From an uncultured delta proteobacterium (GTDB taxonomy: Bacteria > Myxococcota_A > Polyangia > Polyangiales > Polyangiaceae): DNA of 64,000 nt. Below the pieces are notes generated by a model that searched no databases, was not told the DNA's origin, and saw nothing but the letters and a program-made list of their open reading frames with translations. The DNA lies in the NCBI GenBank assembly GCA_963827955.1, contig CAWHDJ010000018.1:1117297-1181296 (forward strand). The letters run 5' to 3'. Shown here one piece after another: positions 22,401-31,011 of this stretch (position 1 is the stretch's first letter; every line of letters starts with the position of its first letter). Both the position numbers and the translations under genes were made by a program.

Positions 22401-23715
22401 CGCGGCGCACGAGCGCGTAGACCTCGTCCTCGCTCCGGTCCTCGCACGCCGCGATGGCGGCGACCTGCTGGGCCAGGATGTCGAGGGGCGCGTCCCGCAT
22501 GGAGATGGCGTCGAGGACGCCGGCGCGCGCGGCGCGGACGATGGCGGCCTGCTCGACGAGCTGGTCGCGCGTGAGCGGGAACAGCCGCCCCTTGGGCGTC
22601 GCGCCGAGCATGTGCCCGGCGCGCCCGATGCGCTGGAGCGCGACCGCGATGGACCGGGGCGAGCCGACCACGCACGCCAGGTCGACGGCGCCGATGTCGA
22701 TGCCCAGCTCGAGCGAGGCGGTGGCCACCACGACCTTGAGCACGCCGGCCTTGAGGCGCTGCTCGGCGTCGTGGCGCCGCGCCCGCGACAGGCTCCCGTG
22801 GTGCGCCGCGACGCGCTCGGCGCCGAGGCGCTCGCCGAGGTGCAGGGCGACCCGCTCCACGAGGCGGCGGGTGTTGACGAACACCAGCGTGGAGCGGTGC
22901 TCCTCCACCAGCGCGGCGAGCCGGCCGTAGAGCTCGTCCCATTGCTCGTTCGTGCAGACGGCGCCGAGCTCGTCCCGCGGCACCTCGATGGCGAGGTCCA
23001 GGTCGCGCCGCTGGCCGGCGTCGACGACGGTGGGCGGCGGCGAAGCCGAGGAGAGGAGGCGGGCGGCCACCTCGACGGGGCGCACGGTCGCGGAGAGCCC
23101 GACGCGCTGGGGCCGCGGGTTGCCGGCGCGGACCACGAGGTCCTCGAGCCGCTCCACGGAGAGGGCGAGGTGCGCGCCGCGCTTGTCGCCGGCGAGGGCG
23201 TGGATCTCGTCGAGGATCACCGTGCGCACCCGCTCGAGCGCGCGCCGGCCGGACGCGGAGGTGAGCAGGATGAAGAGCGACTCCGGCGTGGTCACGAGCA
23301 CGTGCGGGGGCCGCTTGCTCGACTTCTGCCGCTCCGCCGCGGGCGTGTCCCCGGTGCGGACCGCCGCGCGCACGCCGAGCGGACCGAAGCCCATCTCGCC
23401 CGCGACGGCCCCAATCTCGGCGATGGGCTGCTCCAGGTTCTTGTGGATGTCGTTGGAGAGGGCCTTGAGCGGCGAGACGTAGACCACGTACGTCCGGTCC
23501 TCGAGCCGCCCCTCGCACGCCTCGGCGACGAGGCGGTCGAGGCAGCACAGGAAGGCGGCCAGCGTCTTGCCCGACCCCGTGGGCGCCGTGATCAGCGCGT
23601 CCCCGCCCGCCGCGATGACGGGGAACGCGCGCGCCTGCACCGGCGAGGGGGCGGCGAAGCGGCGCTCGAACCAGGCGCGGACGGCGGGGTGGAACATCCG
23701 ACCAGGGTAGCGCAT
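19420..23715 (-). CDS. lhr: Lhr-like ATP-dependent DEAD/DEAH-box helicase
   Basis: Intact, about 1430 aa. The N-terminus FHPAVRAWFERRFAAPSPVQARAFPVIAAGGDALITAPTGSGKTLAAF (Walker A), DEIH box and HHGSLS...ATASLELGIDIG helicase C motifs match Lhr. The long C-terminal extension is typical of Lhr. The ORF track extends 187 codons further upstream in the same frame, with no stop. Confidence 0.85.
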   Translation of the reverse strand: MRYPGRMFHPAVRAWFERRFAAPSPVQARAFPVIAAGGDALITAPTGSGKTLAAFLCCLDRLVAEACEGRLEDRTYVVYVSPLKALSNDIHKNLEQPIAEIGAVAGEMGFGPLGVRAAVRTGDTPAAERQKSSKRPPHVLVTTPESLFILLTSASGRRALERVRTVILDEIHALAGDKRGAHLALSVERLEDLVVRAGNPRPQRVGLSATVRPVEVAARLLSSASPPPTVVDAGQRRDLDLAIEVPRDELGAVCTNEQWDELYGRLAALVEEHRSTLVFVNTRRLVERVALHLGERLGAERVAAHHGSLSRARRHDAEQRLKAGVLKVVVATASLELGIDIGAVDLACVVGSPRSIAVALQRIGRAGHMLGATPKGRLFPLTRDQLVEQAAIVRAARAGVLDAISMRDAPLDILAQQVAAIAACEDRSEDEVYALVRRAAPYASLSRKDFDDVLAMLSEGVASRRGRAGALVHHDAVNRRVRGRRGARLAALTSGGAIPDNASYDVLELPEGGKVGTLEEDFAIESMAGDVFLLGNTSWRIRRVETGKVWVEDAKGAAPTVPFWLGEAPARTRELSVEVGALREEIARRMAAGEGVEAIVAWLCDACALDPAGARLVHDYVAAAIAALGAVPSMSTVIAERFFDEAGGQQLILHAPFGGRINRAWGMALRKRFCRSFDFELQAAATDDGVLLSLGPQHSFPLESILELLRPEGLREVLEQAALQAPMFGTRFRWAASRSLALLRFSGGRRVPPPLQRMRSDDLLAAVFPGQTACQDNHGGGPVELPDHPLVNEAMRDCLTELMDVEGLGRVLAALRAGEIRFVACETPEPSVLSHEILNANPYAFLDDAPLEERRARAVSVRRGLPADVAERVGGLDPEAIASVTRDARPAPRDADELHDLLLDQGALPEGEASTDLFAALVEAGRAARLVGGDPPLLVAAERRSIAATVWPARRFEPELAEPGGPREVDRDIALAEVIRGRLGIRGPVTAAELAAELGLDTADVDAALVRLESEGGAMRGHFRTAAGDVEWCDRRLLARIHRLTVDGLRRAIEPVSASDLVRFLFTWQGVGGAPASGAPRAQHRGRTGVLRAIEQLQGFEAAAGAWEGEILPARVPGYEPGWLDELCLAGEVVWGRLAPRESGVTPTRTALITLARRRDLPWLLTMGAPPPNPRSGLLAGHGEDTGEEGLSEPARDVLAALRKMGASFFDELPGPSGRSRGEVEDALWELCAAGRVTGDGFAGLRALIDRRAAREGAWRVGRLRGAAAPVAMGRWALLRAPAEVGQDETLEAAARQYLRRYGVVFRDILSREAHAPPWRELLRVYRRLEMRGEIRGGRMVASFVGEQFALPEALEALRAVRREAKAGAIVQVSACDPLNLAGVVTPGPRVPAHLGQAVRYRDGVPVAEGEREAELTASASLRLAGLSLAG

Positions 23716-23821
23716 GCCGGTGGACGTGTCGGTACGCTCGACCTCGCCCACGCCTCCATCGGCGGCGGATGTCGACAAGCTCCGTGACCCGGCGCAGACT
23801 GGCCCAGGAGTCTCGGGGGAG

Positions 23822-26818
23822 ATGACCCAGAACGGCGAGCGGCTGAGCGAGCGGTTGAGCGAGCAGATCGGCGCTGTGATCGACAGCGGGTTCGAGCGGT
23901 ACGTACGGCTCGACGCGTCGAGCCCGGAGGAGCAGGCGCTCGAGGAGCGGATCAACGCGCTCGTCGACGCGGCGAGGGGGCGCGCGGGGCCGCGCGCCGC
24001 CTCGAGCCGGGCCGAGATGGAGGCACGCAAGCTCGGCTGGGTGCTCGACTCGCTCGTCGAGAACGCGCCGGCCATGCTCTTCCTGAAGCGCGCGGAAGAT
24101 CTGACCGTCGAGCTCTGGAACAAGCAGGCCGAGCGCATCTCCGGCGTGAACGCGGCCGACATCCTGGGCAAGACGGGGCTCGAGTCGTTCCCTGTGGACC
24201 AGATGCGGGCGTTCTTCGAGCGCGACCGCACGGTGCTCGACGGCAAGCGCCTCGTGTCCGCCGAGGAGGCGCTCACCGGCCCATCCGGCGAGACGCGCTG
24301 GGTCTACACCCAGAAGATCCCGCTCCTGGACGAGCACGGCGAGGCCCGGTACCTCCTCGGCATCTCGGAGGACGTCACCGAGCAGCGGCTCGCGACCGAG
24401 GCGCTCCGTCGGGCCAAGGAGGCGGCGGAGGCGGCGAACCAGGCGAAGACGGACTTCCTCGCCAACGTCAGCCACGAGCTGCGCACGCCGCTCACCCTGA
24501 TCCTGGGGCCCGTGGAGGACGCCCTGGCCGACGACGAGGCGCCGCTCCCGCCGCGCCAGCGCGACAGGATCGCGATGGTGCGCCGCAACGCGCTCCGCCT
24601 CCTGGGGCTCGTCAACGCGCTCCTCGACCTGTCACGCATCGAGGCCGGCCGCGCAGAGGCGTGGTTCGCGCCGCACGACCTCGCGGCGCTCACGGCGGAC
24701 CTCGCCTCCACCTTCCGGTCGGCGATCGAGCGCGCCCGGCTGCGCCTCGTCGTGGAGACGGAGCCTCCGGCCGTGGACGTCCACGTGGACCGCGAGATGT
24801 GGGAGAAGATCGTCCTCAACCTGCTCTCGAACGCGTTCAAGTTCACGCTCGAGGGGGAGATCGCGGGTCTCGCTCCGGGCCGGGGACGACGCGGTGACCC
24901 TCGAGGTGCGCGACACGGGCACCGGCATCCCGGAGCACGAGCTGCCGCACGTCTTCGACCGCTTCCACCGCGTGCGCACGGCAGAGGCGCGGACGCACGA
25001 GGGGAGCGGGATCGGCCTCTCGCTCGTGCAGGAGATGGTCCACCTCCACCACGGCACGATCCGCGCCGAGAGCGAGGTCGGCCGGGGGACGGTGATCACG
25101 GTCACGATCCCGCGGGGGACGGCGCACCTCCCCGGCGATCGGGTCGAGCGGGCCGACGTTCCTGGCGCGCGCACCGCCTCCGCGGCGTGCTTCGTCGAAG
25201 AGGCGCTGCGCTGCGTGCCCGGGCCGGAGGAGGCCCCGGAGCCGCCCGCGGAAGGCAAGCCGCGCGCCCCCCGAATCCTCGTGGCCGAGGACAACGCCGA
25301 CATGCGCGCGTACATCGTGAGCCTGCTCGGCCGCGATCTGGGACGTGACCGCCGTGGCGGACGGCGCGGCGGCCCTCGCCGCCGCGCGGAGCGCCCCTCC
25401 CGATCTCGTCCTCAGCGACGTGATGATGCCGGGCCTCGACGGCACGGAGCTGCTCCGCGCGCTGCGCGAGGACGAGCGGACGAGGGCGATCCCGATGATC
25501 CTGGTCTCGGCCCGGGCGGGCGAGGAGGAGACGATCGCGGGGCGGGAGGCGGGCGCGGACGACTACCTGATCAAGCCCTTCTCGGGGCGACAGCTCGTCG
25601 CGCGCGTGCGGACGACGCTCACCCTCGCGCGCCTCCGCCGCGAGCTCGACGAGAAGCAGCGCGCCCGCGCCGCCGCCGAGCAGGCGAACCGGATCAAGGA
25701 CGAGTTCCTGGCCACGGTCTCCCACGAGCTCCGGACGCCGCTCAACGCGATCATGGGCTGGGCGTCCATCCTGGAGAGCGCGCCGCCGAGCGCCGCCATC
25801 CACGCCAAGGGCATCGAGGTGATCGCGCGGAACGCGGCGGTCCAGAAGACGATCATCGACGACATCCTCGACATGTCCAGGATCATCACCGGCCGCATTC
25901 GCCTGGAGCCGGAGCCGCTCGACCTCGACACCGTGGTCAAGGACGCCCTCGACGTGGTGATGCCCTCCGCGGCCGCGAAGGGAATCGAGGTCCTCTACCG
26001 TCGCGGGTCCGGTCCCTGCGCCGTGCTGGGCGACCCGCAGAGGCTCCGCCAGATCGTGTGGAACCTCCTCTCCAACGCCGTCAAGTTCACCCCGCGGGGC
26101 GGGCGCGTAGGGGTCTGGCTCCGGGGCGAGCGCGGCGTGGCGACGCTCGTGGTCCAGGACACCGGGGAGGGCATCGACGGATCCTTCCTGCCTTGTGTCT
26201 TCGATCGCTTCCGCCAGGCCGACGGCTCGACGACGCGCCGCCACGGCGGGCTCGGGCTGGGCTTGTCCATCGTGCGGCAGCTCGTCGAGCTCCACGGCGG
26301 GAACGTGTTCGCCGAGAGCCCAGGGAAGGGCCTGGGCTCGACCTTCACGATGCGAGCTCCCGCTCCGCCCGCCCGCGCCCGCTCGCCCCTCCGCGCGCGA
26401 AGGCGACGGCGCAGAGTGGCCGGCGTCGCCGGCGGCGCGGCTGCTCGAGAGCGTGCGCGTGCTCGTCGTCGACGACGAGCAGGACGCGCGGGATCTCATC
26501 GAGGCCTGCCTCGCCGGCACGGGCGCGGTCGTGGCGAAGGCGGGGACGGCCGAGGACGCGCTCACGACGCTCGCGCAGTTCCGCCCGGACGTCCTGGTGA
26601 GCGACATCGGGATGCCCGACGAGGACGGCGTCACCATGATCCGGCGCATCCGCGCCGCTCCCAGCGCTTGCCACGGCGTCCCGGCGATCGCGGTCTCTGC
26701 TTACGCGAGCGCGGGCGACGTGTCGCGCGCGCTCGCGGCGGGCTTCCACCGGTACCTGCCGAAGCCCATCGACCGGGCGACCCTGGTCCGCGCCGTGCTG
26801 GAGATCCGACGTAGCTGA
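23822..26818 (+). CDS. large hybrid sensor kinase (PAS, HisKA, HATPase_c, REC, HisKA, HATPase_c, REC); three apparent frameshifts (~24870, ~25340, ~26360)
   Basis: It is divergent from lhr. The H-box [13 protein letters not shown] and a second H-box [14 protein letters not shown]-boxes, and two receiver domains (ILVAEDNADMR... and VLVVDDEQDARDL...) are spread over ORFs 23714.., 24894.., 25345.. and 26195..26818. Confidence 0.75.
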
Positions 26819-26843
26819 GCCCCACCTCGCGCGACGCGGGCCC

Positions 26844-27149
26844 GTGCTACGCTCGCCCCCGATGGCTGGACGATCCGCTCCACGAGGGCCGCGCTCCGGA
26901 TGGACGATCCGCGAGATGACCTTCGAGCAAGCCGCCGCGGACGACGCCCGCCGCTACCTCGAGATGACCCCGGCCGAGCGTGTCCGCCTCGTCCCCGAGC
27001 TCTTCGCGGCCTGCCTTTCGACCAGGGGGATCCGTGAGTCTCCACGACTTCGCCGAGTTTATTCGTATCCTGAACCAGCGCCGGGTCCGCTACCTCGTCA
27101 TCGGCGGCTACGCCGTCGCCTTCCACGGACACCCGCGAGCGACGGATGA
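26844..27149 (+). CDS. small ORF upstream of, and overlapping, the nucleotidyltransferase-fold ORF (possible partner protein; reality uncertain)
   Basis: A 101 aa ORF whose N-terminal half is protein-like (MTFEQAAADDARRYLEMTPAERVRLVPELFAACLSTRG). It overlaps the next ORF by about 115 nt, so the true end or a frameshift is unclear. Confidence 0.2.
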   Translation: MLRSPPMAGRSAPRGPRSGWTIREMTFEQAAADDARRYLEMTPAERVRLVPELFAACLSTRGIRESPRLRRVYSYPEPAPGPLPRHRRLRRRLPRTPASDG

Positions 27150-27498
27150 CGTCGACGTCCTGATCGCGCCGGACGAGGACAACATCCGGCGCGTCGAGCG
27201 CGCCCTGGTCAACTTCGTCGGCGTCGCCCCGCGGCCGGAGGCACTGCGATCGCCGCGTGGAATGGTGCGCATCGGGGGGCCCGTCACGCACATCGACGTC
27301 ACCACCAAGGTCGACGGCCTCAGCGCCTTCGAGCCGCTCTGGGGGCGCCGTCAGCGCGGGGAGCTGCTCGGTGAGCCGACCTCCTACATTTCGCTGCGCG
27401 ACCTCCTGCGCACCAAGCGAGCGGCGAGCCGAGCGAAGGACCAAGGGGACATCGCTGCACTGGAAGCCATCCAGCAATCCATTCGCCGGAGGAGGTGA
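27034..27498 (+). CDS. nucleotidyltransferase-fold protein (MNT-like G[GS]x...DxD motif)
   Basis: GTG start at 27034. The segment RVRYLVIGGYAVAFHGHPRATDDVDVLIAPDE fits the minimal nucleotidyltransferase signature. Confidence 0.45.
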   Translation: MSLHDFAEFIRILNQRRVRYLVIGGYAVAFHGHPRATDDVDVLIAPDEDNIRRVERALVNFVGVAPRPEALRSPRGMVRIGGPVTHIDVTTKVDGLSAFEPLWGRRQRGELLGEPTSYISLRDLLRTKRAASRAKDQGDIAALEAIQQSIRRRR

Positions 27499-27499
27499 G

Positions 27500-27775
27500 C
27501 GCGCTCGGGACGCGTCCACGAAGCCCGTGGAGCGGTCGACGAGGTACGTGGAGCCGTCCACGAAGTACGCGGAGCGGTCCATGAAGTACGTGAAGCAGTC
27601 CACGAAGCCCGTGGAGCCGTCCACGAAGCTCGTGGTTCGGTCCACGAAGCTCGTGGAGCCGTCCATGAGCCACGTGGTCTGGTCCACGAAGCCTGTGGAG
27701 CTGTCCACGAATGCCGTGGTTCGGTCCACGAAGCACGTGGCCCCGTCCATGTGGCTCGTGGAGCGGTGCGACCGC
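27500..27775. repeat. 21-bp tandem repeat array (about 12 copies of gtccacgaagcccgtggagcc-like units), encoding heptad repeats on either strand
   Basis: Directly visible periodicity. The + strand reads STKPVEP heptads (ORF 27257..27970). The minus strand reads GSTGFVD heptads (ORF 26701..27825, possible start MSEAERS at 27789). The coding strand is undetermined. Confidence 0.8.
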
Positions 27776-27892
27776 TCGGCCTCGCTCATTGTGCGCGAAT
27801 GTACGAGCGGGGGCCGCGAATACAATCCATCTCGCCCCTATTCAACAAAATGCATGGCGACTAGAGCGGCGTGCGTTCGGGATGAGTACATA

Positions 27893-28049
27893 CCGAACCG
27901 CGACCGCCAGGGAGCGGGTGCCAGAGGGCGCCTACGCGCCACGCCCTTGCCCGCGTCGCGCTGCCTGTAGCGCTACGCATGCGAGGGCACGAAAGCGTCG
28001 CGCCTTCTGGCACCCGCTCGCTCGCGCTCGCGGTTCGGTAGGCGCGTAC
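27893..28049. repeat. long imperfect inverted repeat (about 41-bp arms separated by about 75 bp); candidate MITE-like element or structured RNA
   Basis: The left arm taccgaaccgcgaccgccagggagcgggtgccagagggcgc (27893-27933) and the right arm gcgccttctggcacccgctcgctcgcgctcgcggttcggta (28009-28049) are near reverse complements. GC is locally lower. Confidence 0.55.
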
Positions 28050-28206
28050 CCAATGCAAGCGCACGCCGCTCTAAATCCAGATTTCGAGCTGGTGAAACTT
28101 AGTAGATGACGGCGGAGCGAGCGGCTCGGTGGGTCCCGGCGGGGGCGGGGCCCGTCGTGTCTCTTGCCCGCGGTTCGTTGCCCGAAACCATGATGAGGAC
28201 AGGAAG

Positions 28207-28732
28207 ATGAACAACACCACCACTCCCGGCGATGATCGCGAGGCGGCAGCCGTCCTCGCGCAGTTCGACAAGGCCATCAGCGGCCTGCAGAACGACGTCC
28301 CCTCGACCCAGCAGTTCGTCTACAAGCAGACCGCCTACACCCCCACCACTTTCGTGCCGATCCTGCAAGCGGCGGCCGCCCCTTTGCGGGCGGTGGTCAC
28401 AGCGCGGGGCGCGCTGGCGACCGCGCTGAACAACCGCCATGCCGCGTTCCCGGACGCGATGGCGCTGATCAGCGGGTTCTTCGCGCTCGTGCCGAACATC
28501 CTCCCTGCGGGCGCGGACGTGACGCAGTTCGGGGCGAAGCCACGCAAGCCCCGGAAGCAGCTCACCGCGGAGCAGCAGGTGGCCGCGAACCAGCAGCGTC
28601 AGGCGACGCGCAAGGCCCGCAACATCATGGGGTCGAAGCAGCGCGCGGCCATCAAGGCGCCCGCGCCGGCCGCGCCCGCCGCGCCGGCGCCGCGGCCGGC
28701 ACCTCGTCCACCGCGACGAAGACGGGCTCTTG
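28207..28732 (+). CDS. hypothetical protein (lower GC, strong RBS); C-terminal frame uncertain
   Basis: ATG at 28207 is preceded by aggacaggaag. The product MNNTTTPGDDREAAAVLAQFDKAISGLQNDV... is protein-like. The Lys/Ala/Pro-rich tail likely ends at the TGA at 28730-28732 in another frame. Confidence 0.35.
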
Positions 28733-28959
28733 ACCGTCGTACGCGGGTGCTTCGCCCGCCCTCGTCCCTCGCCATCCACTGCCACGCCGTCGCCCTCCCA
28801 GACTCCGCCGTTCGATCGATCGCAACAGCGGAGTCGTCGCCCGCGTGGGCTGCTCGACGACGCTCCTCGTGGCGGATGCGGTGACCGGCGACTCCGGCTG
28901 GCTCCTCGCGGCAGGCCTCGGCAGCCCAATCGGGCGGGCGCCTGTGCGCGGGCCCCTGT

Positions 28960-29604
28960 ATGCTTCCTGGTATGTCGGCCTCGCCCTACCGTCGGCCCCT
29001 CGGCGCGCCTCCGCGCGCCCGGCGCCGCCGGAGCCCCTGGGTGCGCGCCGGTCTGGCCGCGACGGTCGTCCTGATGCTGCCCTTCGCCTGGTCGGAGGAC
29101 GCGACCTGCGACCACGTGCCGCGTCCCCCGGTGAGCGGCCTCGAGATCCTCTTCGGCAAGGGCTGGGAGCCGGGCGCCATCTTCCTCGCGCTCCTCGTCG
29201 TCGCGGTGGGCCTGGGCTTCCTCGCCAGGGCGGCCGTGCGCCGGCGCTGGCTGCGGCTCGGCGCCGAGGTCGTGGCGGGCCTGTCCGGCCTCGTCTCGTT
29301 CACCATGTGCATCCTGATGATGCACCACGGGCGCGAGGAGCAGCCGCTCGTCTACCCCGCGGCGTGGATCGGGACGGTGGCGGCCGCGCTGCTCGCCTTC
29401 GAGGCGTGGTGGGCCTCGGGGGAGGCGCTGCGCGGCTTGGTCGAGCGGCGCCGCGCCGAGCGCGCGCTCGCCAGGGCGCCCACCGCGGGGACGGGGCTGC
29501 CCGTGCGCATCGCGGCGGCGTGCGCGCTCGAGGATCGCGAGGCCGAGGCGGAGGTGGAGGCGACGATGGGCGAAGAGGAGGCGTCGACCCGGCGCACCCG
29601 CTGA
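28960..29604 (+). CDS. hypothetical membrane protein
   Basis: 214 aa with about 4 predicted TM helices (LAATVVLMLPFAW; IFLALLVVAVGLGFLA; VVAGLSGLVSFTMCILMM; AAWIGTVAAALLAF) and a charged C-terminal tail. Confidence 0.4.
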   Translation: MLPGMSASPYRRPLGAPPRARRRRSPWVRAGLAATVVLMLPFAWSEDATCDHVPRPPVSGLEILFGKGWEPGAIFLALLVVAVGLGFLARAAVRRRWLRLGAEVVAGLSGLVSFTMCILMMHHGREEQPLVYPAAWIGTVAAALLAFEAWWASGEALRGLVERRRAERALARAPTAGTGLPVRIAAACALEDREAEAEVEATMGEEEASTRRTR

Positions 29605-29606
29605 AT

Positions 29607-29879
29607 TCAGCCCGTCCGCGCGCGCCTGGCGAAGGCGGCGTGGTAGACGTAGGCGCCGGCGATCGCGCCGAGGAGCGCGACGAACCACCCGATGGTGCTC
29701 CTGGAGATCGGGGGCAGCCCGAGCGCGTAGCCGCCGATGCCCCCGATGTTGGCCCCGATCACGCCGGCGAGCATCGAGCCGACCCAGCCGCCCGGCCCGT
29801 TGTCGGGGACGATGAGCCGGGCGAGCGCGCCGATGGTGATGCCGAACACCACGAACACCGGGAGGAAGACGAGGCGCAT
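29607..29879 (-). CDS. GlsB/YeaQ/YmgE family stress-response membrane protein
   Basis: 90 aa with Gly-zipper TM helices (GITIGALARLIVP...GSMLAGVIGANIGGIGGYALG) characteristic of this family. Intact. Confidence 0.7.
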   Translation of the reverse strand: MRLVFLPVFVVFGITIGALARLIVPDNGPGGWVGSMLAGVIGANIGGIGGYALGLPPISRSTIGWFVALLGAIAGAYVYHAAFARRARTG

Positions 29880-29909
29880 GCGATCCTTCGATTCTTCGCT
29901 CCGCCAGCC

Positions 29910-30713
29910 TCAGCGGCTGGGCCCGCCCTTGCCTGCCGCCTGCATCGCGGCGGGCTCGGCGAGCGGCGCGCCCGAGCGCCGGACGGCCCCCTTCGTCTCG
30001 ATCTCCGCGCGCTCGCGGCGCACGGTGGCCCTCGCGACCTCCTCGCCTTGCTGGATCTCCTTGCCGACGTGGACCTCCTCCCGCACCACCGGGTGCTTCT
30101 CGACGGTGACGTGCTCCTCGCGGAGGGGGATGTCGTACGACTCCTTCTCGAAGCACTTGCTCCCCTCCCCGACCTCGCGGCTCACGCTCACCCGCTCGAC
30201 GTGGAGCACCTCGCGGGTCACGGGCACGGTGATCTGCCGCTCCTCCGTGACGACCTCCTTGCTGACGTGTACCTCGCCGACCTTCTCCACGTGCTTCTTG
30301 GCGACGATCTCCTCCTCCACCAGCGGCACGCAAATCTCGCCGGCCTTGCCGAACTGATCGAGCGCCCCGGCCTTCGCCTGCTCCTCGCGGCCGAGGATCG
30401 CCCGCGCGGCCCCGCGCGCGTCCTCCATCGCGGTGCTCGCCGGGCCGCTCGTCGCGGCGCGCGCCGGCGCGTTCCCGGCCGGCCGCGCGGTGCCCTGCTC
30501 CACGAGGTCCGCGCGCGCGATGGCGAGGACAATCTCCCCGTCGCCGACGGCGGTGATCCGCTCGTAGGGGACCAGCAGGTCCTTGGGGAAGAGGAACCCC
30601 TTCTCCACCACGATCCCGTTCGGCTGGCAGGATACGACCTTGCCGAGCCTCTCTCCGTCGGAGGTCTTGGCCTGCATGCCCACGGTCACGCGTCCCCGAT
30701 GTTGCTCGCCCAT
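29910..30713 (-). CDS. DUF2382 (YsnF/AvaK-like) domain stress protein with an N-terminal PRC-barrel-like region
   Basis: The repeated motif IPLREEHVTVEKHPVVREEVHVGKE...ERAEIETKG is typical of DUF2382. Start taken at ATG 30713 (MGEQHRG). Confidence 0.6.
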   Translation of the reverse strand: MGEQHRGRVTVGMQAKTSDGERLGKVVSCQPNGIVVEKGFLFPKDLLVPYERITAVGDGEIVLAIARADLVEQGTARPAGNAPARAATSGPASTAMEDARGAARAILGREEQAKAGALDQFGKAGEICVPLVEEEIVAKKHVEKVGEVHVSKEVVTEERQITVPVTREVLHVERVSVSREVGEGSKCFEKESYDIPLREEHVTVEKHPVVREEVHVGKEIQQGEEVARATVRRERAEIETKGAVRRSGAPLAEPAAMQAAGKGGPSR

Positions 30714-31011
30714 CGTTCCCTCCCCACGGGCCCGCCCGATCGCGCGCCGCAGGGCGCGTGTGCCTGTGCAGGCGGGCGTCAGCCTTGTGTTGTGGACGGC
30801 ATCCCGTGCAAGCCGCGCGCCCAGGACGGCCAGCCGGGCGGACGTGCGCGAGGTCACGAACGAGAGCGGGCGTCTTCATGGGGCGACGCAAGCGTCGTCG
30901 AACCGTGTCGATTCGACACGCGCCGCGCATCGTTGATCGGCGTGGCGGTTCAGGGGGCCTGGGCGCCCGACATGAGCGCTACTATCGCGGATAGCGCTTC
31001 CCCGTCCGACC

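Noticed and set aside
27500..27775. Possible CRISPR array suggested by regularly spaced repeats (also 58140-58620)
   Set aside because: The repeats are contiguous 21-bp tandem units with no intervening unique spacers. Period 21 equals 7 codons, consistent with coding heptad repeats. No cas genes are nearby.
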